Shown here one piece after another: positions 10,234-19,767 of a stretch of 50,601 nucleotides of DNA (position 1 is its first letter; each line of letters begins with the position of its first letter). The notes under the pieces are model-generated. The model was not told the DNA's origin. It ran no database searches and was given only the letters and a program-made list of their open reading frames with translations. Made by a program: the position numbers and the translations under genes. Source of the DNA: a virus (lineage: Duplodnaviria > Caudoviricetes); IMG/VR virus record IMGVR_UViG_3300002307_000070, positions 1 to 50,601 of that record. One strand, 5' to 3'.

Positions 10234-10848
10234 ATGAGCAAATCATTACCAGCAGATAAGTTTTTTAACGATATTAACTTTGTCAGTATTGTGGATACAG
10301 TGAAAGGTATCTACACTAGCGACGGATCCATGTCTACTTTACTAGACTTTGAAAGAGTACTAGATGAAGCTGATTTATACGCATATCAAAATTGGATAAT
10401 CGGGGAACTTGTTCAAGGCCCGGTGGTCGGTAGATATAGTTGTAAGTGCATATTCATGTGGCCATACAAATTGATGCCAAATCCAAAAGGTGCATTGCGT
10501 CTAATGAAAGTTGGATGTAAAGTTAGATTTGGTAAAAGCAAGATTGATGTTCCAGTAGAAATGCAAGATTATGACGATTTTGTTCCTGGTACTCGCTATC
10601 CTAAAATGAACAAAAGAAAAGTATGGTTCGTTGAAATAGAAATTCCGTTTGATTTGATGGATGACATTAAAGAAGGTTCTATCGACCTCGCAGGTCAAAC
10701 TATTGACCTAAGTGACATTGAGGATGCATATGATGAAGACCTTGATGAGAAGGGTGCCAACGAAGAACAAGAAGGTCCAGACACGATGGCTGACGAAGCG
10801 CAGCCAATGGCTCAACAAGCAGCACTTCCAGGAATGCCAATGCAATGA
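10234..10848 (+). CDS. hypothetical late protein
   Basis: 204 aa; TAAATA-N5-ATG start. Confidence 0.7.
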   Translation: MSKSLPADKFFNDINFVSIVDTVKGIYTSDGSMSTLLDFERVLDEADLYAYQNWIIGELVQGPVVGRYSCKCIFMWPYKLMPNPKGALRLMKVGCKVRFGKSKIDVPVEMQDYDDFVPGTRYPKMNKRKVWFVEIEIPFDLMDDIKEGSIDLAGQTIDLSDIEDAYDEDLDEKGANEEQEGPDTMADEAQPMAQQAALPGMPMQ

Positions 10849-11390
10849 AACATTTAACCGAAGCTCTTGACTATCTTGATATGGAAGGTCAAATTGATCC
10901 TATGATCACTGTTGATGAGTATGCTGCAAAGATAGGCAACGACAAAGATATTGTAACCGTAACATTCAAGGTGCATAGTAAATTAGCAGCAGAAGATTTA
11001 GTTACTTGGTTAGAAAGAGGATATGAATTTGTTCTTGACGCCAGTGTAAGTGACGGTGAACTTGAACCTGGTGTTTGGCTAGTATTTGTTGAAATAGAAC
11101 GCAGAAGTAAGGTCCCTGGTCGAATTTTACACATTCTTAATGATCTAGAAACATTAACTGGTCTGCATCTTAAAGATTGGTCAGTTGAAATAGAAGGCGA
11201 CAAGTATGACGCGGATGAAGAAATCATGAGACAAAAAATGATTCTTAATCCAAATGAATATGAAAAAAATAGACAGCAAGATGAAATCAAGATGAACGAA
11301 ATGCGTAGTCTTGCTGGAATTGAAAATAAAAAGATTTTCAGCAATGACGATGAATACATTAGGCGTCTTAAAGAAATAGCGAGAATTTAA
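10845..11390 (+). CDS. hypothetical protein (possible head protein)
   Basis: MKHLTE N-terminus; C-terminal MRSLAGI / LKEIARI repeats. Confidence 0.6.
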   Translation: MKHLTEALDYLDMEGQIDPMITVDEYAAKIGNDKDIVTVTFKVHSKLAAEDLVTWLERGYEFVLDASVSDGELEPGVWLVFVEIERRSKVPGRILHILNDLETLTGLHLKDWSVEIEGDKYDADEEIMRQKMILNPNEYEKNRQQDEIKMNEMRSLAGIENKKIFSNDDEYIRRLKEIARI

Positions 11391-11391
11391 C

Positions 11392-11955
11392 ATGGATCAA
11401 GAAAATGACAATTTAGATCAAACTGATGTGCCCAGCACAAGCAAATTTGGTCTACTATTGCCATCGTTGAACAAAAGTGAAGAATTGCAGTTAGTAGCAA
11501 AAAACGATGAACATTTTGATTCAATGATGCACGATGAGGTGTTTATGGCACAAGTTAAAGAAAGAAACGAACAAGCTAATCAGCTAATGAATCTCAATAA
11601 TGCTGCACTAACTCAAGCCGGTGACAATGCAGCACAGAACGCAGATGTATTAGTTGCCAATGACTCCGAAAGTGAACATTGGATCAACAGCAAATGGCGT
11701 CCTATGATGGGCTGGTTGTATTTTGTTGTTTGTATGTTTGATTTTGTTATTTTTCCGATTCTTTGGTCAATACTTCAAGCATATAGCAAGGGTAGTGTCA
11801 CTACTCCATGGCAACCTATCACTTTGCAAGGCGCCGGCTTATTCCACATTTCAATGGGTGCAGTTCTCGGTATTGCGACATATGGTCGCACTAAAGAAAA
11901 AATAGAAGGCGTGGTTAATAATCCTACTGCAATTACTAAGGCACCTACTAAATAA
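11392..11955 (+). CDS. membrane protein, GTA-type 3TM holin-like
   Basis: WRPMMGWLY...GAVLGIATYGRTKEK with TM helices. Confidence 0.55.
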   Translation: MDQENDNLDQTDVPSTSKFGLLLPSLNKSEELQLVAKNDEHFDSMMHDEVFMAQVKERNEQANQLMNLNNAALTQAGDNAAQNADVLVANDSESEHWINSKWRPMMGWLYFVVCMFDFVIFPILWSILQAYSKGSVTTPWQPITLQGAGLFHISMGAVLGIATYGRTKEKIEGVVNNPTAITKAPTK

Positions 11956-11993
11956 AATCTTGACATCTAGCATCCATTGTGTTAAATAAAACT

Positions 11994-12821
11994 ATGGACT
12001 ATTATAACATACTAGGTGTTCCACGCTCTGCGACCCAAGAAGAAATCAAAAAAGCATATCGTAAGTTGGCTATGAAGCATCACCCTGACGTAGGAGGTGA
12101 TATTGTCAAATTCCAAGAAATTACGAATGCATACGAAACTCTTAGCGATACTGACAAGAGATTCCAATATGACAACCCTCAGGCTAAACCACAGTTTCAT
12201 AATATGAATGCAGGAGGTTTTCCCGGTGGATTTAGCTTCAATGTAAATGGGTTTGACCTTAACGATTTATTCACCCAAGCATTTGGTCACCAACATCCTT
12301 TTCAGCAGCAACAAACAAACACTAAGCCTACATATAGAACTAAAGTGTCAGTTGCATTGATAGATGTTTACAATGGAACTGACCAAGTGTTGCAATTGGG
12401 AACTCCTTCAGGCACCAAAGTCATTAATATAAAAGTACCCAAAGGAATATACAATGGCAGTCAAATTCGCTATGATAGTCTCATAGATGATGGCATATTG
12501 CTTGTTGAATTTCATATCGTTCCTGATCTACGATTCAGTAGAGAAGGGGATGATTTATATAGTAATATGCCAATTAGTGTTTTGGATTTGATTGTGGGGA
12601 CTACAATAGAATTCAAAACTATAAGTGGGAAAATATTGCAAGTTAATATCCCAGCAAAAACTCAACCAAACCAACATATTAGATTAGCAGGACAAGGAAT
12701 GTCTAGAAGTAATGGAACTTTTGGTGACCAAATACTCTTGCTTAAACCCTACATACCTGATATAGTCAGTGATAATGTAATAGAAGCTATTAACAACAGT
12801 AAATTAACAAAGGAAATATAA
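11994..12821 (+). CDS. dnaJ: DnaJ/CbpA-class co-chaperone
   Basis: J domain with HPD, G/F region, C-terminal domain; no CxxCxGxG zinc fingers. Confidence 0.9.
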   Translation: MDYYNILGVPRSATQEEIKKAYRKLAMKHHPDVGGDIVKFQEITNAYETLSDTDKRFQYDNPQAKPQFHNMNAGGFPGGFSFNVNGFDLNDLFTQAFGHQHPFQQQQTNTKPTYRTKVSVALIDVYNGTDQVLQLGTPSGTKVINIKVPKGIYNGSQIRYDSLIDDGILLVEFHIVPDLRFSREGDDLYSNMPISVLDLIVGTTIEFKTISGKILQVNIPAKTQPNQHIRLAGQGMSRSNGTFGDQILLLKPYIPDIVSDNVIEAINNSKLTKEI

Positions 12822-12822
12822 A

Positions 12823-15087
12823 TTGCAAGCCTCGCCTGAAATTGAAAATATCATTGAACGTGCAATTGAAGCCGCTAAGAAAAGGCAACATGAATATTGC
12901 ACAGTAGAGCACCTATTGCTAGCATTGATCAATCATCCTCCCTTCAAGAAATGTCTCACTCAGTTTGGAACTGAAACTGATCTTATGATTCAGGAAGTCG
13001 AGGCATATCTTAACGGACTTCATGCGATTGAAAGCAAAGATCCAAATGTTCAGCCAAAGCGAACTAATACACTAGAGCGTGTCATGAATCGTAGTGTGAC
13101 GCAGGTACTGTTTACTGGTCGTAGGCAGGTCACTACTATTGACATTTATATGAGCATTGCTAATGAAAATAACAGCCACGCACATTATTTCTTGCTTAAG
13201 TATGGAATTACAAAGGGCGAGTTTGTCAATCATTGGACAAAGACCTACAAGGGACAAGATTTTGTCAATGTAACAAATTCACAGGCTGACGAGATTCTTG
13301 AAGAATATACAATCAATCTTACTGCATTAGCCCGTGAAAATAAACTTGAACCAGTGATCGGTCGCAGTAATGAAATCAACGATATCATCAACGTTCTTGC
13401 AAAGCGTTTCAAGAGCAACGTATTGATGGTTGGTGATCCGGGAGTTGGCAAGACTGCTATTGCAGAAGGCATTGCTAATGCAATCGTCAATGATGAAGTG
13501 CCTGAATTCTTGAAGGGATATGAACTTTACAGCCTTGAAATCGGTAGTCTTCTTGCAGGTAGTCGTTATCGCGGTGACTTTGAAGAAAAGGTCAAGAACA
13601 TCCTTGAAGCCCTTAACGTAAAGAAGAATTCCATTTTGTTCATTGACGAAGCTCACACTATGAGTGGTGCTGGCCAAGCCAGCAACGGTGGTACTGACTT
13701 TGCAAATATGCTTAAGCCTGCAATTACTAAGGGAACACTCAAAGTTATTGCAAGTACTACTTGGGAAGAGTTTTACGAAAGTTTTGAAAAAGATCGCGCC
13801 CTAATGCGTAGATTCTTTAAGGTTAGTGTTGACGAACCCAGTCGTGATAGCACAATTCGTATTCTTAACGGACTTAGTGTTCGGTTGAACGACTTCCACA
13901 ATGTAAATATTACTAGTGAAGCAGTTGAAGCAGCAGTTGATAACGCTGATCGTTATATTCATGACCGTAAGAACCCGGATAAGGCAATTGACTTGTTGGA
14001 TGCTGCATGTGCTAAGCAGCGTGTTCTTGAAAATGACGGGGCAATCATCACTAAGGCTCTAATTCATGAACAAGTTGAAAAATACACTGGTGTTCCTGCC
14101 GATAAGTTGAGCGGCGACAATATGGATCGTGTTAACAATCTTGAAATGAACGTAAAGAACAAGCTGTATGGTCAGGATGAGACTGTTGACAGTGTTCTTG
14201 AGCGTGTTTATATCAGCTTTGCGGGTATTGGTAATGATAAGAAGCCTATTGCAAGTTTCTTGTTCTTGGGCCCAACAGGTACGGGTAAAACAGAATTGGC
14301 CAAGTTGCTGTCCAAGAACTTGGATATGCCGCTTCTCAAGTATGATATGAGTGAATACAGCGAGAAGCACAGCGTAAGCAGCTTGATCGGTCCACCCCCG
14401 GGTTATGTGGGCTTTAGCGATTCACAGGTGCAGGGTGGACGCTTAATTTCAGACCTGAGCAAGAACCCTCATTCAATTCTGCTTTTTGACGAAGTTGAAA
14501 AGGCTCACCCCGATATCTTCAATATCTTCTTGCAGATGTTGGATGAGGGAACGGTTACCGGAAGTAATGGTAAGCAGGTTACTATGAAGAATAGCATCAT
14601 CATTCTTACTAGCAACTTGGGCAGTGCTGATAACGAAAACAATAGTATTGGTTTCGGTAGCCTCGAAAAGACTGGTGAAGAAGACAAGGCACTTAAGCAG
14701 TTCTTTAAGCCGGAATTTCGTAACCGTCTAGATATGATTTGCAAGTTTAAGAAGCTTGATACTCTCAGCATTAAGAAGATTGTTATTAAGTTTGTTGAAG
14801 ACTTGAAGAAGCCATTGCAGGATAAGCACAACATCAATCTTAACCTGTCTGAAAGTGTAGTTGAACATCTTGCTAAGGTTGGGTATGACAGTAAGATGGG
14901 AGCGCGCCCTCTTGCTCGTAAGATTGATGAGTTAATTCGTGTTCCGTTGTCAAAGAAGATTCTTTTTGAACGTATCACAAACAGCAACATTATGGCTACA
15001 CTAGAAAACAATGAAATTGCGTTTGTAGTGACACCTAAGGCAACTGCTAGGATTGGCGACGATGGCACCATCATACTTGAAAATTAA
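12823..15087 (+). CDS. clpA: ClpA-type AAA+ unfoldase
   Basis: Clp-N domain, two Walker A motifs (GDPGVGKT, GPTGTGKT), IGF ClpP-docking loop, no ClpB M-domain; TTG start. Confidence 0.88.
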   Translation: MQASPEIENIIERAIEAAKKRQHEYCTVEHLLLALINHPPFKKCLTQFGTETDLMIQEVEAYLNGLHAIESKDPNVQPKRTNTLERVMNRSVTQVLFTGRRQVTTIDIYMSIANENNSHAHYFLLKYGITKGEFVNHWTKTYKGQDFVNVTNSQADEILEEYTINLTALARENKLEPVIGRSNEINDIINVLAKRFKSNVLMVGDPGVGKTAIAEGIANAIVNDEVPEFLKGYELYSLEIGSLLAGSRYRGDFEEKVKNILEALNVKKNSILFIDEAHTMSGAGQASNGGTDFANMLKPAITKGTLKVIASTTWEEFYESFEKDRALMRRFFKVSVDEPSRDSTIRILNGLSVRLNDFHNVNITSEAVEAAVDNADRYIHDRKNPDKAIDLLDAACAKQRVLENDGAIITKALIHEQVEKYTGVPADKLSGDNMDRVNNLEMNVKNKLYGQDETVDSVLERVYISFAGIGNDKKPIASFLFLGPTGTGKTELAKLLSKNLDMPLLKYDMSEYSEKHSVSSLIGPPPGYVGFSDSQVQGGRLISDLSKNPHSILLFDEVEKAHPDIFNIFLQMLDEGTVTGSNGKQVTMKNSIIILTSNLGSADNENNSIGFGSLEKTGEEDKALKQFFKPEFRNRLDMICKFKKLDTLSIKKIVIKFVEDLKKPLQDKHNINLNLSESVVEHLAKVGYDSKMGARPLARKIDELIRVPLSKKILFERITNSNIMATLENNEIAFVVTPKATARIGDDGTIILEN

Positions 15088-15739
15088 GAAAATAGATAGG
15101 CATACTCTTTGGTTCAACCAGTATATCTATAAAGTTGCGGTTACCGATAGTAATCTTTTCTTACTAAGACATTGTAAGAACCTAGATGACTATATTCATA
15201 ATGTAAAAGAGTATGGGGACTCCGGTAATCTTTATGCATACGGTCCACGATTTGAAAAAAATAAACCTGTCAATAAAGATTTGATTAATATTATGCTATC
15301 TTTACTGAACGATAAGGATATCAGATCAAGACATGAAGGTAATGTTGTTGCATTATATAGCAATGACTTTTCTAAGTTTGATACATTGTTGAATACTAAG
15401 TGCTCAAAAATTATGGTAGAAGAAGCTACAGCTATGCCTACCGGTATCAAATATTTCAGACGAGAACCTCCTTCTAAATTTAGAGTATACCTGAAAAATA
15501 ATACTCTTCCACCAGAGACAGGTAAAGATATACTTGATTACTTAGCAAAAACTCCGGACGTATCACCTAATAATCCTTTATTAGATAAGTTGACAAGAAG
15601 TATCAAGTACCAGTACAATATGTACTTTTATGGGGATTACTATTTTAATTACAATGATGAACGAAATCTAATGATGATGCATCTGATTTTTCCGGGAGTC
15701 CTTGGTAAAAACTACAAATTAGAAAAGAAAACGGGTTAA
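15053..15739 (+). CDS. hypothetical protein
   Basis: 228 aa ORF; start uncertain. Confidence 0.6.
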   Translation: MATMAPSYLKIKKIDRHTLWFNQYIYKVAVTDSNLFLLRHCKNLDDYIHNVKEYGDSGNLYAYGPRFEKNKPVNKDLINIMLSLLNDKDIRSRHEGNVVALYSNDFSKFDTLLNTKCSKIMVEEATAMPTGIKYFRREPPSKFRVYLKNNTLPPETGKDILDYLAKTPDVSPNNPLLDKLTRSIKYQYNMYFYGDYYFNYNDERNLMMMHLIFPGVLGKNYKLEKKTG

Positions 15740-15769
15740 GATAAATACTCTATATATTTGGAGTATTTT

Positions 15770-15934
15770 ATGGCCCGTATGATTGAAGAAGTAATTGTAA
15801 TCAAGCTGAGCAAGCTTGTAAAGGACAGCGAGTCTGATAATGCTATTGCTGATGCCGATGTACATAACGCACTTGAGCAAGTTGCCCAGGAACTAGTTGG
15901 GGCAGGAGTATTAATTGAGGTTGAGAAGGCTTAA
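15770..15934 (+). CDS. small hypothetical late protein (54 aa), absent from ORF track
   Basis: MARMIEEVIVIKLSKLVKD...IEVEKA*; TAAATA and GGAG upstream; TAATG overlap with next gene. Confidence 0.75.
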   Translation: MARMIEEVIVIKLSKLVKDSESDNAIADADVHNALEQVAQELVGAGVLIEVEKA

Positions 15935-16320
15935 TGAGTCAATCAACTACATTAATACTGCTGCCTCAAACCACATATGCCAATCCAGGAAACGGTGCGC
16001 CATACACGGTAACTGGCAACACTCAGCCAGCAGCAGCATATTATTTAGGCAACCGTGATTTGCAAACAGTTAACTTTAGCTTAACTAATTGCGTAGGTAA
16101 TATCGTAATTGAAGCAACATTAGCTACTACTCCACAAGACATTGATTGGTTTCAAGTATACAGTCTTGAAGCAAACAACTATGCACCGACTGGAACTGCG
16201 CCGCAGATTGCAGCTAATAGTAATATGTACACTAATGTTGAAGGCAACTTTGTTTACATAAGAGCGAAGGTCGAAGACTTTCAGAATGGCGTAGTGAATT
16301 ATATTAAACTGAGTTACTAA
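15934..16320 (+). CDS. hypothetical beta-rich virion-type protein
   Basis: GNIVIEATL...DWF...GNFVYIRA. Confidence 0.6.
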   Translation: MSQSTTLILLPQTTYANPGNGAPYTVTGNTQPAAAYYLGNRDLQTVNFSLTNCVGNIVIEATLATTPQDIDWFQVYSLEANNYAPTGTAPQIAANSNMYTNVEGNFVYIRAKVEDFQNGVVNYIKLSY

Positions 16321-16321
16321 T

Positions 16322-18037
16322 ATGAAAAAGATCGTCATCATGCCCGGGGGCTTTCACCCATTTCACGCAGGACACTATGCATTGTATAAGAGTGCAGTAG
16401 AAGCCTTTCCTGATGCTGATTTATATGTGGCAGCAACTAATGATACAAAAACTAGACCATTTCCTTTTGATATCAAAGAAAAGCTTGCTAAGCTAGCAGG
16501 AGTAAAGAGTGGGCAGTTTGTGCAAGTCAAGAGTCCTTTCAAAGCAGATGAAATTACGAGCAAGTACGATCCTAACAGTGATATATTGATTTTTGTCCGT
16601 AGTGAAAAAGATCGTGACAGTCAACCAAAGCCTGGTGGAACAAAGAAAGATGGCACGCCAGCATACTTTCAACCATATACCGGTAAGAACTTACAACCAT
16701 TTAGTAAGCACGGATATATTGCATATTTGCCAACAGTAGAGTTTGGACCTGGCATCAAGAGCGCAAGCGAGATTCGTGAACTATGGCCTACATTAAATGA
16801 CAAGCGTAAGTTAGCCATGGTTTATAGTCTATACCCTAAGACACAGCAAAATAGAAACTTAGCAAACACTGTTGTAAAAATGCTTGATATGGGTATCAGT
16901 AACGAGTTAAATGAAGATGATAGCGATAAACCGCATTGGAAAATCACTGACAAGAATCATGATGGTAAACCAGAAGTGTCAATAAAAAAAGACATAATAC
17001 CTAATGTTGATCAGAAAGAAGAAGATCCTATTAGCAGAGCATTGTTTGAAAAGGCAAGAAAAATGTTCCCTAATGCTAAGAATCCGATGACCGCAGTATT
17101 TAATTTCTTTGCTACCAAGATCAATGATTTAGAAAATTCAGTTGACGAATTGACCCAGCAAGTTAATAGCAATCAGCAAGCTGTTGTACCGGCAGAAGAA
17201 CCCATGCAACCGTCGCAACAAAATACGATGCCACCGGCACAACAACCTACAATGGACGAATCAATTGAGAAAGCGTTTGATGACACCAGTTTTGAAAAGT
17301 TTGCAAATCATCCACAGTTTCAAAAGTTCACTGACTATGCAAGACATCATTACCCAGAAAGCCCTAACAATCAAGTTGCATTCTTAAAATTTGTTGCTCG
17401 TAGTCTTATGCATAGTAAAGAAGACGATGATCGCCAAGATAACGAAATCAACTTGATCATGAAACAAGTTAATAGACTTAACGATAAAGTTGATAAGATT
17501 GAACATAAAACAACATCTTCGTCCGAAAAAGTAAATGAAGGAACTTTCGACTGGTCTGACTATCGTTTTATTGAAGACATGGATACTAGACTGACTATCG
17601 CAGAAGCGTATTTTACTTCTAAAATGTCTCTTACTGAATCTAATGATCCAGATATGACTGAATATTTTAAAACATTGTCTACTATGTCAGATGATGTTAA
17701 AGTAGGGAAAAAATGTATACTGCTATCTTTAGTTATGGTAAATAACCAGGTGAATCAGATACAGTTTCCAGAAGTAGTTAAATTATTAAAAGTAGATAAT
17801 AATGTATATACTGTAGAGCGTTTAAACGGTGTAATAGATGGCTATCCTAAAGCACATGATAAGGGCCACGCGACTTTTGTTACATTAGTATTCAACAAAA
17901 TTTCTTCATATAATAAAGTGCGAGCATTGCTAACACTGAAATTTGAAGCCGCTCTTCCTGATCCAGATTTATTTCTTAATAAAAAGGGTAATACCCCAAA
18001 CATTACTGAATCACAAGATTATATAGAAGAAAAATAA
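16322..18037 (+). CDS. cytidylyltransferase-like (HxGH) domain fused to further modules
   Basis: PGGFHPFHAGH and SASEIR; later modules bounded by LNE/MDE/VNE/ITE. Confidence 0.75.
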   Translation: MKKIVIMPGGFHPFHAGHYALYKSAVEAFPDADLYVAATNDTKTRPFPFDIKEKLAKLAGVKSGQFVQVKSPFKADEITSKYDPNSDILIFVRSEKDRDSQPKPGGTKKDGTPAYFQPYTGKNLQPFSKHGYIAYLPTVEFGPGIKSASEIRELWPTLNDKRKLAMVYSLYPKTQQNRNLANTVVKMLDMGISNELNEDDSDKPHWKITDKNHDGKPEVSIKKDIIPNVDQKEEDPISRALFEKARKMFPNAKNPMTAVFNFFATKINDLENSVDELTQQVNSNQQAVVPAEEPMQPSQQNTMPPAQQPTMDESIEKAFDDTSFEKFANHPQFQKFTDYARHHYPESPNNQVAFLKFVARSLMHSKEDDDRQDNEINLIMKQVNRLNDKVDKIEHKTTSSSEKVNEGTFDWSDYRFIEDMDTRLTIAEAYFTSKMSLTESNDPDMTEYFKTLSTMSDDVKVGKKCILLSLVMVNNQVNQIQFPEVVKLLKVDNNVYTVERLNGVIDGYPKAHDKGHATFVTLVFNKISSYNKVRALLTLKFEAALPDPDLFLNKKGNTPNITESQDYIEEK

Positions 18038-18093
18038 TTCCATAGCCTCTTATAGCTGTAAATATGATTACTAGCTATAACAAAGAGGATTAT

Positions 18094-18993
18094 ATGGCAA
18101 GAAAACCCAAGACTACTAAGAATACAACTGAAGCTGCAAATATTCCCGTAGAAGAATTACAGGAAGCAATTCAGGAAATTAACGAAGACCAGGCTGCTGA
18201 ACAGGCCCCAGCAGAAGGCCAAGTTCAGGTTAACGTTGACTTCCTCCGTACAACTAAGGTTCACATTGCGATGCCTTGTTACGGAGGTATGTTGACAGAA
18301 TCAACTTTCATGAGTTTCATTAAGTGGGCTAACACTGCTCGTCAATTGGGCATTGATTGGACACTTGAAACAATGGTTAATGAAAGTCTCATCAGCCGCG
18401 CACGTAATACACTTACTGCGAAATTCCTAGACATGCCCGATGCAACACACTTGTTCTTCGTTGATGCTGACATTGGTTGGGAACCATGGCACTTGCTAGT
18501 TCTTCTCAACAGAGACGTTGATGTTATCGGTGGTCTATATCCTATGAAAACTATGCCCATTAAATGGGTTGTTAATGGCTTTGACGGTGCAGAAGAAGGT
18601 CCAGACGGACTTCAGGAAGTATCAAAGGCTGGAACAGGTTTCCTTCTTATGAAGAAGCATGTCTTTGAAAAGATGAAGGCACACCCTGCTGTTAAACAGT
18701 ATAAGAATGACATTGGTCTTGATCCGAAGTTTGACGCACACCTCCGTACTTACTTTGATACTGCCGTTCGTCAGAATCGTTACTATTCCGAGGATTGGAC
18801 GTTTTCGGAGAACTTTAGAGACCTTGGCGGCAAGATTTATGTTGACAAGCGCGTTCTATTGCGTCACTCAGGATCCTACGTTTTTTGTCAGGAAAATCAG
18901 CAGTATTTGATTGACCAAATCGGCCCTATGTGGGCTGAGGCACAGAAGGCAAGAGGCTACAAGATCATTGATGAAAATGGAAACGAAATCTAA
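18094..18993 (+). CDS. GT-A fold glycosyltransferase-like protein
   Basis: IAMPCYGG, ISRARN, FVDADIGW (DxD), GTGFLL, SEDW; AGAGG SD before ATG 18094. Confidence 0.75.
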   Translation: MARKPKTTKNTTEAANIPVEELQEAIQEINEDQAAEQAPAEGQVQVNVDFLRTTKVHIAMPCYGGMLTESTFMSFIKWANTARQLGIDWTLETMVNESLISRARNTLTAKFLDMPDATHLFFVDADIGWEPWHLLVLLNRDVDVIGGLYPMKTMPIKWVVNGFDGAEEGPDGLQEVSKAGTGFLLMKKHVFEKMKAHPAVKQYKNDIGLDPKFDAHLRTYFDTAVRQNRYYSEDWTFSENFRDLGGKIYVDKRVLLRHSGSYVFCQENQQYLIDQIGPMWAEAQKARGYKIIDENGNEI

Positions 18994-18997
18994 GTTT

Positions 18998-19645
18998 CTA
19001 TAAACTTGAGGGGGTTAACGTAATGTTAACCCTCTCTTTTTTACAGTGATCAAAGTGATGCTTTCTCATTCCTCCTGCCATCCCGGTCTTGTTGCAGTGC
19101 GGACAAGTTACCGTTTCTCTAGCAGGATTCTTATCACCTAACTTAGATGCTGATAAGTTAGCTCGGGTTTCTTTCGTTCTTTTCTGTCCCTTACCTCCTT
19201 TAGATATTAACGCCTTTGATTCCTCGGAATGTGTTCTACCATAAAACGGGTTTTTCTTACCGGTATTCTTCCCCTTCATGAAGTCGCTATGTAACCGGGC
19301 TGCCTCTGCTCTAACACTGCTATAATCATCACCGAACGTTCGTTGTTGAGTACGGCTCTGAGGATTACACATCCTAACCGCCGCGGAGAACATCTTACGT
19401 TTATGCTCAACAATATCAACCATATATGGTAGCAATAAATGAACCTCTAGGTGTTCGTTGGCGGTCAACCATACTAGATTATCAGTAGTGTCCTCACCGC
19501 CTAAGGACTTAGGAATAATATGATGGCGTTCTACATACCCCACAATGGCCTTTGCTTGCTTTCGTGTTAGACGCCCCGGGGCACGCGCGTTTGCAGAATC
19601 TATAATCGCGTTATAACGCACAGTTTGATCACTACTGTTAAACAT
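18998..19645 (-). CDS. free-standing HNH homing endonuclease with NUMOD3 and C-terminal Zn motif
   Basis: ERHHIIPKSLGG..DNLVWLT..EH..VH; NPFYGRTHSEESK; CPHC...HFDHC. Confidence 0.88.
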   Translation of the reverse strand: MFNSSDQTVRYNAIIDSANARAPGRLTRKQAKAIVGYVERHHIIPKSLGGEDTTDNLVWLTANEHLEVHLLLPYMVDIVEHKRKMFSAAVRMCNPQSRTQQRTFGDDYSSVRAEAARLHSDFMKGKNTGKKNPFYGRTHSEESKALISKGGKGQKRTKETRANLSASKLGDKNPARETVTCPHCNKTGMAGGMRKHHFDHCKKERVNITLTPSSL

Positions 19646-19767
19646 AATATATTACCTCTGAAGTATTTATACTTCAGTAACAATATTTAGGTAAAACATT
19701 GTGTGAGGATTGTATTCTGTTATTTAGGTTGCATGATAAATACTATATTACTATATAGGAATATCCA

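Noticed and set aside
14505-15074. Long antisense ORFs (also 10889-11359, 32474-32881, 37538-37978, 47547-48029, 48204-48578)
   Set aside because: They shadow well-supported genes on the opposite strand and have no RBS or recognisable motifs
18998-19645. Group I intron around the HNH gene (and around the GIY-YIG at 47380)
   Set aside because: Flanking genes look complete, there is too little non-coding sequence for a ribozyme core, and the HNH is antisense
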